Origin: Euprymna scolopes
Lineage: Eukaryota
Length of the DNA: 64,000 bases
Strand: one strand, 5' to 3'
Assembly: GCA_053919585.1 (NCBI GenBank)
Contig: CM132820.1
Below, piece by piece: positions 36,961 through 50,232 of this stretch. The notes under the pieces are model-generated. The model was not told the DNA's origin. It ran no database searches and was given only the letters and a program-made list of their open reading frames with translations. Position numbers and translations under genes: made by a program. The stretch's first letter is position 1. Every line of letters begins with the position of its first letter.

Positions 36961-38084
36961 TCAAATCATTTTAATGGCATTCCAGTGTGCAAGTTCAATT
37001 TATTTGCGATTCAAGCATTGAATAACAAAAATAACGTGTGAAGAAATACGTAAAATCAAACCATGTTCGTATTTCTCAATCTTACTTCCTGGATATCGTT
37101 TTTGTTTTTACCTGAGCACTTCAAGCGATTTTCGTTTGCGTTTAAACATAACTATCTTTTTTTATGCAATTCGGTTTGTGACGCTTTTATAATTTCCTAA
37201 AGTTTTAATTGATGCTCCGAGGTCTTTTCGAATTATATGGGGCATTGTTTCTAGTGTCTTCATTCATTATGCAATTTATTGAAAAGTCTTGGTTGATTTT
37301 TGTGAATAGCTTGATTTCTAAGGGGGTTCGTAATTGTTTCTTTAATTTTCTTTAGCTTTTATATTTTATGATTTAGATGTAAGCTCATAACTTCTTAAGT
37401 TTAAAACTATTTATTCCAATTCAAACCAAATAGATTAGTGGGCGTTTATGAACGTACACTTTCAACTTTTCAATAGCCCTATTAATATTATCTGGTTAAT
37501 ATATTACTCACATAAAATTAAGTACTATGGGCAATGACCTTACAGACTGATTTTTATCTTTTTGGCAAAATCGGTTCGTCTAGTTTCTTCCACGTATGTA
37601 AATTTCGATTGAAATATTCTGATCCAGTGTCAAACTCTAAATACACTAGTTTGGTAAATATCTTAACAATTACGCATTTGCGTAGAATATTGTCTGATCT
37701 GACCTTTCGCTGGATTTGTTCTTTTGTTATCAAACAAAACAACAATTCATCGGCGTTAACTAAAAAAACTGCTGTGGTATTTCAGTAATGCGATAATATC
37801 CGTGTGTAATGATTGGAATAATTTTGTCCTTTTAGTTTTTTCGCGTTAATTGACAGTTTTGTTGGCGGTTCTTCCTTTCAATTGTCGTTATTCTTCACAA
37901 AATCCTTGTGTGATTTCAGGTCTTTGACACCAAAAGTTGCTGCGGACACAACGGTATTTAAAATGAGTTTTTTAAAATGAATTGTCGAAACCTCATTTTT
38001 CTACATGTAATGGATATTTTCTTTGTGAAATCCAAGCTCGCTTCATTATTTTGTTGCGGGTATACGCTTTGAGAATTCGAATTT

Positions 38085-38440
38085 CTCGTCATAAATTTGT
38101 GGTGGCCTGAGTATCCCTGTCGACATTCTCCGCTAACGGCGCTTCAAGAAACAACCGATGAACATTCCCCTCCGAAAAGATAAAAGTCAATGCCCTGGAG
38201 GGTGAGCCTCCTAGGCTACACAGATCATTTTGCATCAGTCCGAGAGCAGAAATCCTCCGTAATAGCTCAGTTTCTGCCGAGCTGATTGTTGATATGCGAA
38301 CCACAATTATCGATAACTGAGAAGTTAACAGACCGTACAGTGAGTCGTACCTCACGGTCTATTCCTGCAGTTTGGAAGAGATCATCTCTAGTGCATGGGT
38401 GAGTCTCCACATCAACAACAACGACAACAACAACAACAAT
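38085..38440 (+). mobile_element. Probable decayed LINE (RTE-like) 3' end with (CAA)n tail
   Basis: GC-richer block ending in CAA repeats; only weak peptide resemblance. Confidence 0.3.
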
Positions 38441-38889
38441 ATATATATATATATACATATAATTCGATTAAAATAAACACCGTTAATATATAGAAATTAC
38501 ACTTTATTGTGCAAATTATATCTAATGAAGTTCGCATTTGTGAGGCTAAAATATTTTAGATATTTTTCGTAGCCATATATTCAGGATAAAATTACAGCAT
38601 GTAAATAAATAAATTTANNNNNNNNNNNNNNNNNNNNNNNNNNNNNNNNNNNNNNNNNNNNNNNNNNNNNNNNNNNNNNNNNNNNNNNNNNNNNNNNNNN
38701 NNNNNNNNNNNNNNNNNNNNNNNNNNNNNNNNNNNNNNNNNNNNNNNNNNNNNNNNNNNNNNNNNNNNNNNNNNNNNNNNNNNNNNNNNNNNNNNNNNNN
38801 NNNNNNNNNNNNNNNNNNNNNNNTAATTCCATTTTTTGCCGTAACGCTGAACGTCAAAAAACATTATTCTTGCACAAAACTGATATTAA

Positions 38890-39445
38890 TAAAATTATTA
38901 TTATGATTTTCATTATTATTATTATTGTTGTTGTTGTTATTATTATTATTATTATTATTTTATTATATTAATGTTTTTGTATTATTATCACTATTATCAA
39001 TGTTATTATATTAGTATTATTATTGTTATAAATAATCTTCGTGTTATTTTATTATTATTGTTATTGTTGTTATTCTTTTTTTAAATGTTATCATCATTTT
39101 ATTAGTACTAGAAATATAATCAATGTTATTATTAGTATCATTATGGTTGTATTATTATCGTTGTCATTATTGTTGTTATTATTATTCTTGTTTTTATTAT
39201 TTGCTTTTAGCATTATTTTTTATTATTATTGTTATCATCATTATCTTGTTATTTCTATAGTTTTTACTTTTATCATTTTTATGATGATGATTATTATTAT
39301 TATGATTATTATTATTATTGTTTTCGTTGTTATTATTATTTTTGTTTTATCATTGTTATTATTATTTTTGTTTTATCATTGCTTTTATTATGGTAACTAT
39401 TACTATATTAATATAATTGCAATAATTTTTATGTTATCATTTTTT
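38890..39445. repeat. Degenerate (ATT/GTT/ATC)n low-complexity tract
   Basis: Composition. Confidence 0.9.
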
Positions 39446-39663
39446 CTAGAATGTCTATTTATATTTGTCATAGAATTATATCTTAACTCGTCAAGCCTAG
39501 TAAAAGTATTGTAAACGAAACATGTTTAAAATGTTTCTAAATACTTATACTCACAATAATTGTATGCATTTTAGTTTTTAGTGAAATATAAAACATATAA
39601 TGTCAAATAATATTCCTACGCAAGTAAAATATAACGCACTCCTGAAATACTATAGACTCCCTG

Positions 39664-39940
39664 TGTAATGTCTAATATCTTCTACTGTTTCAAATAGGTC
39701 ATTTCTAATCATATCTTGTTCAGATTAGACACAGTGTACAGGCTGACGTCGCATGACAACTCGTCAACGCAACTCTAGATTGTCCTCACCTTACCACGTC
39801 AACATCACCAGTTCCTTTTTGTTAGACGTTCCACTTTCTGTTCTCCTTCCCTCTGGGTCGATACGTGTTCTTCCTCGGTTAGATTATGCCACTTTCATCC
39901 ACACGTGACACTCTCACGTAATTCTGATATTTTAATTACA
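39664..39940. mobile_element. Possible solo LTR
   Basis: TGTAAT...ATTACA termini, 277 bp, GC-richer than flanks; no clear TSD. Confidence 0.3.
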
Positions 39941-40852
39941 GCAGAAAAACGGTTATCCGTCTTAAAATCAAGCAATTTTCTCTGTATGATTGCGTGAACA
40001 TACGTCACTATTAGGATAAAAAAAACATTTCGATAGGGTTGCACCAAATGTTTGTTATCAATGATGCCTAAGATTTCGGATGCTTAAGTGAAGGTGGTTA
40101 CTAATATAATAGATGCTTCTACTGGTAATACTAAAAGTAGACGTATTTAGGATTCAAATCTATTGTTTGGAACTGCACAACTTTGACATAAACATCTTTC
40201 GTCAAATGTGATATATAACGAATATTTTCTGCTACAATTAATACTACAGATATTGCGACTACTATTATTAATTAATAAATTATTATTATTTTTATTATTA
40301 TTATTATATTCATATTAATACTATATTCATCACTTTATTTAGTTACACGTAAGTTTAAAATTAAAAAAAAGATTCGGACGACATGACAACTTTTAGCGAT
40401 TATTACAACATTGCTATTCATCGAAGTAATAAAATCTCAAATATGTCTAGATGTTTCATTTTACTCTAGTCGAATTTCAGTTTGGGTAGGTATACCGCAT
40501 ATATTATATTTCAGCTACTAATATTATGTGATGTTTTGAATATTTAGTCCAAATTTACTTGTAGCGAAAAGTATCCTCGTGATTTATTATAAGCCCATCA
40601 TTTAAAAAAACATATTCTAAGTCTAAAATAAAATTAGGTAATTGTTCATAAATCCCGACTTTCGAACAGGTGACGCCCGTGTCTGTCATTTGAGGCTTGG
40701 AAACACAAAATAGATACAATACTTCAGCTATTCTTTAAAACTGCTAACATATATAATTGGGCAAAATAGTAAAATATGTTTTTTTAATATATTTTTCACA
40801 CACGTTTATATTTTGATTTTTGTTTTTTTCAGATATAGTTACGTTTTATTTT

Positions 40853-40990
40853 TAATATACTTTATTTAAATATAATTTATTTAAATATAATTTATTTAAA
40901 TATAATTTATTTAAATATAATTTATTTAAATATAATTTATTTAAATATAATTCCTTTAAATATACTTTATTTAAATATAATTTATTTAAA
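40853..40990. repeat. 15-bp tandem repeat (tttatttaaatataa), about 9 copies
   Basis: Direct repeats. Confidence 0.95.
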
Positions 40991-41194
40991 ACTGTGCAAT
41001 CTATTACGATCGTCGCCGATTTAAAAACAAATACTTCGACAATATCATCTACTAGATTCGTACATTTTACATTGTTTTAATTATATGTTTTTTTAACCTA
41101 TGCGAAATATGTATATTTTAAAACTTTTAAACGATTTTTCTGCTGCACTTTAAACTGTCCAAAAAAACCGGCACATGTTTTTTATACTTTTTAA

Positions 41195-41560
41195 AAAATT
41201 ACATTTTTACCCCAAACAAGGCACGTTGCCACTTTGATGTAGGGTGCTACTATTGGGGACATAAGCCACAGAAGGGATTCCAAAGTCTAATGGTTCTGGG
41301 GAAGAAACTACTGGAGTAGAAGGCTCTTTTACATCTAGGGATCTCAACTGGGAAGCGGTGGGATTTTGCTGGTTGTCAGGTTTGTTGGAGGCATTTACGT
41401 AGAAGCGACCACAACCAGTGCTTGCAATTCGTCGGAACATTCACCGTTAAAGCACTTGTAGAACAGGCAGAGGGATACTACATTTCTTCGATGGGATAGA
41501 GGCTGACTCTTAGATGGCAGTTCAGGACCTATCAGGTTGGCAATTTTCTTTTTGTAAAGA
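41195..41560 (-). mobile_element. 5'-truncated CR1/L2-group 3' end
   Basis: IANLIGPEL..PLSHRRNVVSLCLFYKCFNGECSDELQAL..FYSSSFFPRTIRLWN; related to 51620-52050. Confidence 0.85.
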
Positions 41561-42136
41561 ATCTATTTTTAAAACGTCTAAATATTTGACAACATATATA
41601 ACATAATAACTTAAATAAGCATAGTTATTTGAAAAAATATGCGATTAAAAAATTCAGAAAAATTCAGAAAAAATGTTTACGCATTTTCATAATAAATTAT
41701 ATTCAAACATTATAAGTATTCTGTGCTTTCATACATCAATTCACTGACTCGGACACCACCTTCCGGTGTGTTTAAAATTTAGGGTCCGGTCTTATCTTCA
41801 AGTACCAAAATTTATAATAATTTACCCTTACTTCAGCTTTGGAAAAAATAGCGAACGTAAGTAACTAAAATATAATTAAAATGCGAAAGAAAATGTATTT
41901 TTGTAAAATTTTACAATGGAAAATCTTACAATTTGCGTTCGAGTCATTGAAATTCCCTACAATTATCGAGTTATCCATTGCAAAATCGGATGACTTAGTT
42001 TGCCAAAATGAAAAAAAAATGTATATAGATTAGAACGGCATTACGACAATTAGTTTCTTGTGTTTTACGTATCAATAATAATAATAAACATAATAATAAA
42101 AACAACAACAACAGCAGCAACAACAACAACAACAAC

Positions 42137-42167
<31 letters not shown>

Positions 42168-43169
42168 TTTTATTAATTAATAATAGTAGTCGTAATATTT
42201 GTAATAATATACTCGATTACGTTACTGAATGGAAATCTAATCTTTTAAACTCTGTTTGTCTGCCTGAATATCTGTCTCTCTCAATATTTTAAACCTCTAT
42301 CTCTTCTGAATATAAATGGCGAAAAGCGGCGCTATTGGTCTTAAATGAAGAGATTTTTATGGACAGTTCTTTTATTGGTATTTAACAAATTTAAATAGTT
42401 TATAAGGGGTCCAAAATAATTCAAAATTGATAAATCGTCATACATTTTGTACAGTCATCTTAGTTTATTTTTAATTTACAATCATTTAAGATGCGGGTCA
42501 CCTTGGTAAAGTGCAGATTCTAGCCGATGGTATCCAAATACGTTTTTTTTTTTTTTTTGAATCACGACTATATGATAATGTATACAAAATCTAAATGCAT
42601 TAACCTGTCTTTTTTAGCGTGTTTTACGAGCAGGCATGCTCTGCTTTTTATATTTAAAAGAAAAGAATTCTTGTTTTATTTCTTATTTTATAACTAATAT
42701 TTTTAAATCGATCAAGTATAAATATGCCGATAAAAGTAGTGATCTCGCCCGTTTATTACGTCAAACAAAGCAGCTCGTTTGCCATCGTGTAAAACAATGA
42801 ATGCCCAAGAAAGAATTACGAAAATTAAAATATGTATCGTTAAAAGCTGCTAATATTATTTGGAAAGGGGCATATCTTGGAAAATACCGAGAGAAAACGT
42901 CAATGATAACCTATAACAACTATATCAGAGTTTGATGTGTACTGTTTGTTTATATTTTGTTATATCTTTTTTTTTTTTTTTGTTATATCTTTTTTTTTTT
43001 TTTGACTTCACATGTTGAATCCGTGTGACAGAACCACAGACAAAACAATTCTTGTGTTTCCTCAAAATTCACGAGAGTACATCAAAAGCTAATTCACACC
43101 TGAAAAGATGCATCTACTATTTAGTTGTGCAAGAATGAAAATGCAAATATAGAATCACAATGTTATAAA

Positions 43170-45345
43170 TAGACAAAGAAAAGGGAACCGCTCCAACAGA
43201 TACAGACCTATAACTTGTTTCTATGCCATGTTCAAAATCTTAAAAGCACAACTAAGTGAACAAATCCATCATTCTTTTAATGATCGAGAACTAGTTACCG
43301 AAGAACAAAACAGCCCCCTGAAAATGAAGAAGAGGAACACGTTCTATAAAAATATAAAGATCAAGCAGATCAATAGAGAGATATAATCTAGCCTAAGATA
43401 AATTTACTTGAAAGACTGGATAATAGAATGTTTAGGAATGTACAAAATACACGGAAATATATTGACTTTGATAGAAAAGGCAATGAAAACATGGAAGCAT
43501 CAATTAACACGTGATGCACAATGAATAGCCGATATAAAATACAAAGAGGTATATTGCAAGAAGAGTTCTTATTACCACTACTGTTCATCACAATTATGAT
43601 GGTCCTTTTTCAATATACTAAGACAGTTCCAAGTCGGATACAGCTTCACTAATACGAATGAAAAGCTAAATCACCTAATGTAAGTAGACGACCTGAATTT
43701 TTTTGTTAAGAACAAAAACAGATAAATGGCGCTAATAAATAGAACGGAATGTTCAGCCCGCCTATCCAAGTGACACTACAGAATGGAAAATGCGTATTTC
43801 TTGTTATACGAAGAGCAAACTGGAAACAACAGAAAGTATAGAACTACCCAACCTAGCGACGATTCGATCACTATATAAACATGACAACCGAAACATTTGT
43901 AAAAATATTCATATAAATTACTAAATTATATACAAAACTAATAAAAGTTATAAACGTATGCGTAGTATCACTAATAAGATAAACCGTTCATATGCTGGAC
44001 CAAAAATGAACTTGGGATTCTCGACCAGGAAACTTATGACCATGCACAATGCAATACACACACAAAATGCTGCAGGCCGAATTTACGTGAAAATTAATAA
44101 TACGGGAAAAGAAAAAAAAACACAAAATTCACAGCTCCCCAGAAGATTCATATATATTACAAAAGAGGTGACTAATGAAAGCACTTGGATATTCACACAG
44201 TCGGCTACACAAATCGTTCACAGGAAAAAGTAGCCGAAACAGAGAAACCGCATCTCTACTAACAGCCGCACAAGCTAACAAGCTTAGAACAAAATACATT
44301 AATTCAAAGATCGGCAAGACATAAGAAAATAGCAAGAAATGCTGTCTGTGGGCAAATAGCCTTAGTGGTAAGGCGAATAAACTTAGTGGTAAGGCAATTA
44401 AACTTAGTAGTAAGGCAAATAAACTTAGTGGTAAGGCGAATGAACTTAGTGGTAAGGCGAATAATAAGTGATTACAGAAAATAAGTCCAACAAATATCAG
44501 AATAAGTACAATTATGTGGAGAATACAGTAGACTGGGAATCATGCAAACACCTGAATCTGAAACACCACACAAATTGTGCAAGTAGAAACCGCCGGGAGT
44601 ACGTGAAAATCGAAATCACAAAATCTAATGTGATATGGACGTACAAACATAGAAACGCCCCAAGGAAGAAGACTAAATGTCATAATAGTTACCAAGAAAG
44701 AAAAGTCACGCCAAATCGTAGATTTCGCAGTTATAGTAGAATATGTGAATATCAAGTTGACAAAGAGCGGAGAAAATATACGAAACTTTGAACAAAGAAT
44801 AGGAGATATTGGGACCAGAGAACCCGAGAAAGTTCAAATAAAGATAATGATGAAAATAGGTAAATTATTACAGAAAATCTTGAATGCAGAAGCTTAGATA
44901 CGTGAGGTACAAATTGGACAAATTACAACGGAAGTAAAAGAAAAACGAAGAAAACCCACAGGGAATAATGAAAACCGAAACAGAATAACGTTAATTAAAG
45001 CCTCCTCCCAAAAGGTAAGCATCAACTGGCCCCGCACCAAATATTCGTGGGCGGTCAAAAAAGAGAAAAAAATACGAAAAAAGAAGGCATTGACATAGGA
45101 TAAATTCGAAGATGACTGGCACAATTTTGCCACCCAAATTCTATTGAAGAATTATAGTCGCAGCTAGCGAGAAATGAATGATAAACAGTTGTTGCGATAA
45201 CACAAAATAATTTACAAAGGTTATTGAAAGAGATGGAGAGTAACGGAAATCTGAGGAAACTTGTTGTCACCCAGACACAGAAAAACACCACAGTCGTTTT
45301 CAAAGAGACATCCTTGATAGTAGTCTGTACTAAAACTAATAATTA
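43170..45345 (+). mobile_element. R4/Dong-like non-LTR element (RT plus RLE plus 3' UTR), degenerate, TAA tail
   Basis: KGTAPNRYRPITCF..FKIL..EEQ, IQRGILQ, NHLM*VDDL, STRKLMTMHNAIH, TAAQAN, QIVDFAV; internal 21-bp repeat (cttagtggtaaggcgaataaa) about 5 times at 44362-44465. Confidence 0.85.
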
Positions 45346-45521
45346 GTAACAAATAATAATAATAATAATAATCGTATTAATAATAATAATAATAATCGTA
45401 TTAATAGATGATCGTATTAATAATAATCGTATTAATAATAATCGTATTAATAATAATCGTATCAATAATAATCGTATTAATAGATGATGATGATAATAAC
45501 AACAACAACAACAACAACAAC

Positions 45522-45580
<59 letters not shown>
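45346..45580. repeat. (TAA)n/(CAA)n tract with 15-bp aataataatcgtatt units
   Basis: Composition. Confidence 0.9.
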
Positions 45581-46038
45581 AAGGAAAATACAAAAGAAAA
45601 ACACATGTAAACCACAGAACGGAAAATCAGGATGCATATATTTTAGTTGTCTAAAGGATGAGAATATTGTTAATACAAAACATAATATTACTACTAAATA
45701 CATTAAAATAAGCAACATTCCAGACTATGACATCACAGACGCCGGAGTGAGACGTAGAGAAAAGTCAAAAATGTCCTCTCTGACAGGCTGATTATATTTG
45801 GACTTCTTTTTATAATCACTTTCTTTGTTTGCTTCTTTCTCAAGCAATAGGATTACGCAATATTTGATTTATGTTATATTGTTTTAAATTATAAAACCAC
45901 AAAAATAGAATACCATATATGAATAAAGTTCCTAAAGGTATTTACAAGTGGCCCTCACATTTATATGGTGATTAGGTAAAATGCTGACGTTGTGTTTTTG
46001 TAGTTTTTTGTATATGGAGAGATATATTGCCATCCTCC

Positions 46039-46152
46039 AAAACACAGCACCTGTTATTTCAAAATGGTCACCCAGGTGGTACTGATCATGCTTTGCGTCG
46101 CTTAGCTTTGGTGTCTAAGTAGCTCTGGTTTTTCAACGGACTATACCACTCC
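46039..46152 (-). pseudogene. 5S rRNA-derived sequence (pseudogene or SINE3-type head)
   Basis: The plus strand ACAGCACCTGTTATTTC..GGTCACCCA..GTACTGATCATGC..GCTTAGCTT aligns colinearly over about 110 nt with the reverse complement of animal 5S rRNA as I recall it (ACAGCACCCGGTATTCCC..GGTCTCCCA..GTACTAACCAGGC..GCTTAGCTT), with many substitutions. Confidence 0.7.
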
Positions 46153-47599
46153 CTACTGTTGCCCTTTAAAGTTCGAAAGAATTTTGTAATTAACAACACA
46201 ACTACAGATTATCTTATGCGTTCTAAGTAAAGAGAGTTCATTGAATATGTTTTTACTCCCGTCCTGTTTAAGGGGTTCACCTCCCCAATTTGCTTACTTC
46301 CTTTCAAACAAAGGGTTAATTTATTGTTAATGTCTATGTGGCCCTAATCGAGGACTGACAAAACATATTGTGCAGGCCAAAGTGCTCTTCCTCTAAGGTA
46401 CTGTTTTTATTGATACTTTCAACTCTTGTGTCACATCATCTCGAAGTGAGAGTGATTTAAATAATGCTCTCTTAGTCGAACTTACTTGTATCGCGGTTAA
46501 AAACTATTTTATAAGTATCTCCTTGACAGATATATTTACGTTTTTTTTTAATATAGAAACAAAACAAAATGACGGTAAATTTTCCAAACAAATTTACGCA
46601 ACTGATTAGGTCATATATTTTGTAATCTCTGACGTTACTTCTATGCGGGGATAGCTTTACTAATCATTGCGCATTGACACCGGCTGATTTAAATGCGTTC
46701 TTAAAGAGGAAGTAAATTACCGACATTGAGGTCAAACTGTACAATGCGTCCGCCGTCATAATTGGCAAAAGCGATCTCGAATTTTATTAAGGTTTTTGGA
46801 AACCCGAGTAATAATGGCTTTCAGATTAGCCGTTGTGTTTCGATAGAGGAACATAAATTTTATTTGTACACAGGCTCAAATTGGTTGGCCTGTTAGATTT
46901 TATGATGGGAAAAATTTTAATGGATTTTTGTCTCCTTTTAAGACAGGGAAAAGTGTGTCACAGATTACCCGGTTGGAGGAAGGGGGCTGTTCTAATTTTA
47001 CATTAACAGGAATTTGTAAACACAATGTTTCGAACTAATCAAATTCATTATACATCATCATCATCATCATCATCATAATAATAATAATAATAATAACAAT
47101 AATAATATAATGATGATGATGATGACAACAACAACAACACTGGGTATTTCTGATGTGATAATTTAGGAATTGCGAGTATTTTTAGCCCATTTACTATCAA
47201 AGTGTATAATTGAAATATTGTAAGTTTAATTGGCTACAGACAACCGTTTTGACACAGATATGCTTTACACAATAAGTTCTTAATTTACTTATTAACTTTA
47301 TATATACGTATATATTCTTGATGACGGTCATTTATTTGTTTAGGGCATCTCTGTTTATTCTACGGCATTTTGTTTCAATAAAAGAGACGTAACTCAGAGT
47401 TACTTTCGATTTTGAAAATTGCGACTTTTAAAAAGAATTTCAGCAAAATTTCCGGGAGCAATTTTGTTGAATTTTTCTCGCCAATATGTGAAAACGCTTC
47501 ACAACAAATACTTAGACTTCAGGATGTTTTCTGGTAATGTGTATGTTCCATTTTGTTTAGCGTTGTTTTAAGTGTGCCAAGTGTTAGTTCAAAATGAAA

Positions 47600-47890
47600 T
47601 ATGGCTTAACGGATATAAGTGCTAAGTAATACTTAATATAGTCAGAATGAAATCTCTTGGGTCGAAATCCAATCGTTAGTCTGAGCGATACTATATCGCG
47701 TAACACACTCCACTACTCGTTTTTGGAAGCCAAACAAACTCAGTGTATTAAATTAAGGGTTTAGTTCAAAATTTAGTATATATTCCTGGGTTCGACAGAA
47801 AGCTTCGCGTGTTCAACAAGATGTTGATAAGAAAGATTCGAGTTTACATCGACCGAGAAGTTATAAAAATAGCGAAAATAATACGAATTA
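47600..47890 (+). mobile_element. Decayed family F copy with possible A/B boxes
   Basis: TGGCTTAACGG at 47602 and GGGTCGAAATCC near 47659; 47740-47890 is homologous to 3525-3660. Confidence 0.38.
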
Positions 47891-49299
47891 TCAAACGTAA
47901 AAAAAAATAATAATAAAAATTCGGTGTGATTTCATGGGGTATCTGATTGATATCCCCTGTCAGTGTCTTTCGATTCTCTCAGATATACCTCAACCAATTG
48001 CTCTGACACCAAATGATGTTTTTGCTGTATATCATGGAAAATTAATATTTTCTTTAAAACTAACGTTTATCTGTTTTACTCCAAACTAAATGAACTATTC
48101 TAAATTTTACCCTATTATAACCGGAAGCAATGAATTAAAATGCCATTGGGTTTGTACAATTAAATGGAGAAGTCCGGTGAGAATTGTGCCAGTTACTGAA
48201 GCTATTTCACGTTTTTTTTCATATGGTTGTGTTCTAAAAAAAAAAAAAACGGATATCATTTATTGATGCATTTTCATTTTTGTTTTTCAAGTATATGTAA
48301 CACATTTTGAACTTAATTTTACAGAAACCTAAAGAAGAATTAAAATATAAATCAAGTATCAAACAGGATAGGTGCGTAATGACAATTGTGATTAAGTGTG
48401 CAAGATTATATTGGATAATACTAGTCATTAAAATATTGGTGTAATAATTGTCTGTTAAAATTATTTGGTCAAATCCCTCCATGATGTAGACTATAGTTTA
48501 AATCAAGCCCAAGAAATTAACCTCACATCGTAAAATCTTCACCCATCAGTGACCCAAAACCATCAGCCGTCCATTTGAGTAGTATATCCACACTGAAAAA
48601 AGCAGTAAAGATTGCCAGCCGACGCCATGGATTAAAATCAACACACAAGCACTAGAAGAATTTGGAAAACAACTTAATTGTGTTTAAAATATTAAATTCG
48701 ATACACTCGCTATTTCCAATCCCGACGCTCTGCTATCAAAAACTTAACTCAAAATCTCAAGACTACTGTCAAAACACTACTACACTGCTAACAACACTTG
48801 CTACTTTAACATATAATCCAAACTCAGCCCTGTCCGAAGCATGTCATTTGAATGTTATGTGACAGTTTCACAAGTATATTAAGGGGAATTAATTTTGTAA
48901 ATACAGAACTATACCAACTAAACACAGACAAGTTAGCATAAACATTTTAAGATCCCAATTACAAAGGAGACACTTATTTTGGCTTTAGTAGCATTTTAGA
49001 CTAGGGAGATTAAAACTCGCAATGTATTGCACATTTTGAAGCTAGGATACTAATTGTACCTTTATGATCCATGGGATTGCATCACGTTCTCAACTACAAC
49101 ATTCTAAACTCGAAAACTCAACGCTAGAACACGGCAATGCTTACAACAGTTGCCACTATGATATTAAAATCCGAATTCGACCCTGTCTCTCAAAAATCAT
49201 GTTTTTTATAACCAACCGAAAACATCTCATTTGCATGTTATGTGACAATGTCGCAAACTTATAAGAAGAAAAGGCGGCCAATGTTTCTTTTTCTTTGCA

Positions 49300-50188
49300 T
49301 ACAGGGAACTCTACAGACTGCACAAAAACAGGTGTGTACGATTTTTGTAAAGGTATTTATTACATAAGAGCTACTTCGTTTGGTGTTGGTAGAATTTTGA
49401 ACCACATTAATCTAATAAAAAAATAAATGTTCGCAATCTTACAAATACCACAACCAAGTTAAAAAATAAATGCCCTCATACGGAAGATTAAAACTAAAAC
49501 ACAACTATTTGTCCCTGCTGACCAAACTAAATGTTATTACAAACTAAATAAAATATACAATAACTTAAATCAATTCGGTAAAATTGCCCCTTACTACCTA
49601 CACCTCATAAATAACCAAGTAAAGAAGTTGCTAACACCCCTGCATATAATTAACCCCCCAGAAATACTTGTCCCTATCTACTCAAGGATTTTCTTTAAAA
49701 AACTATAAACCAAACATAAGCAGTTATCAATCAATCAGACTAATATGTTCTTCTAAATAACACTTGGGTAAAATAAGTAAAAGTATCATAGACCATGTCA
49801 TCACTACTATGTAATAAAAAGAAAATAAGCTTCTCTCTCTTGCAATCTTCTGAAAATGATAGCGAATATTTCATAAATCTAAGAAACAAATGTAAGTAAG
49901 TTTTATAACTGTTGATATAGATAACTATTACCAATCCCTATTAACAAGGCTGAATAGGAGGCCATCCGGGATCACATCAGAGATGCTCCATGGGGAAATA
50001 TTTTCCCTCTTTGCTGAACAGTGCGCAAATGAGACGACTGCATGGTTCACAGCGGTAATTGAAAGTGCATGTTCCCACACGTAAGTTTTATAGCAAACCC
50101 CATCCTCCTCCATTGTTTACTTCTTTCGCAGTTGCTATGGCTCAAAGACTAAACGCATACCGCAGATCTACCCGACATAAATCCAGTA

Positions 50189-50232
<44 letters not shown>

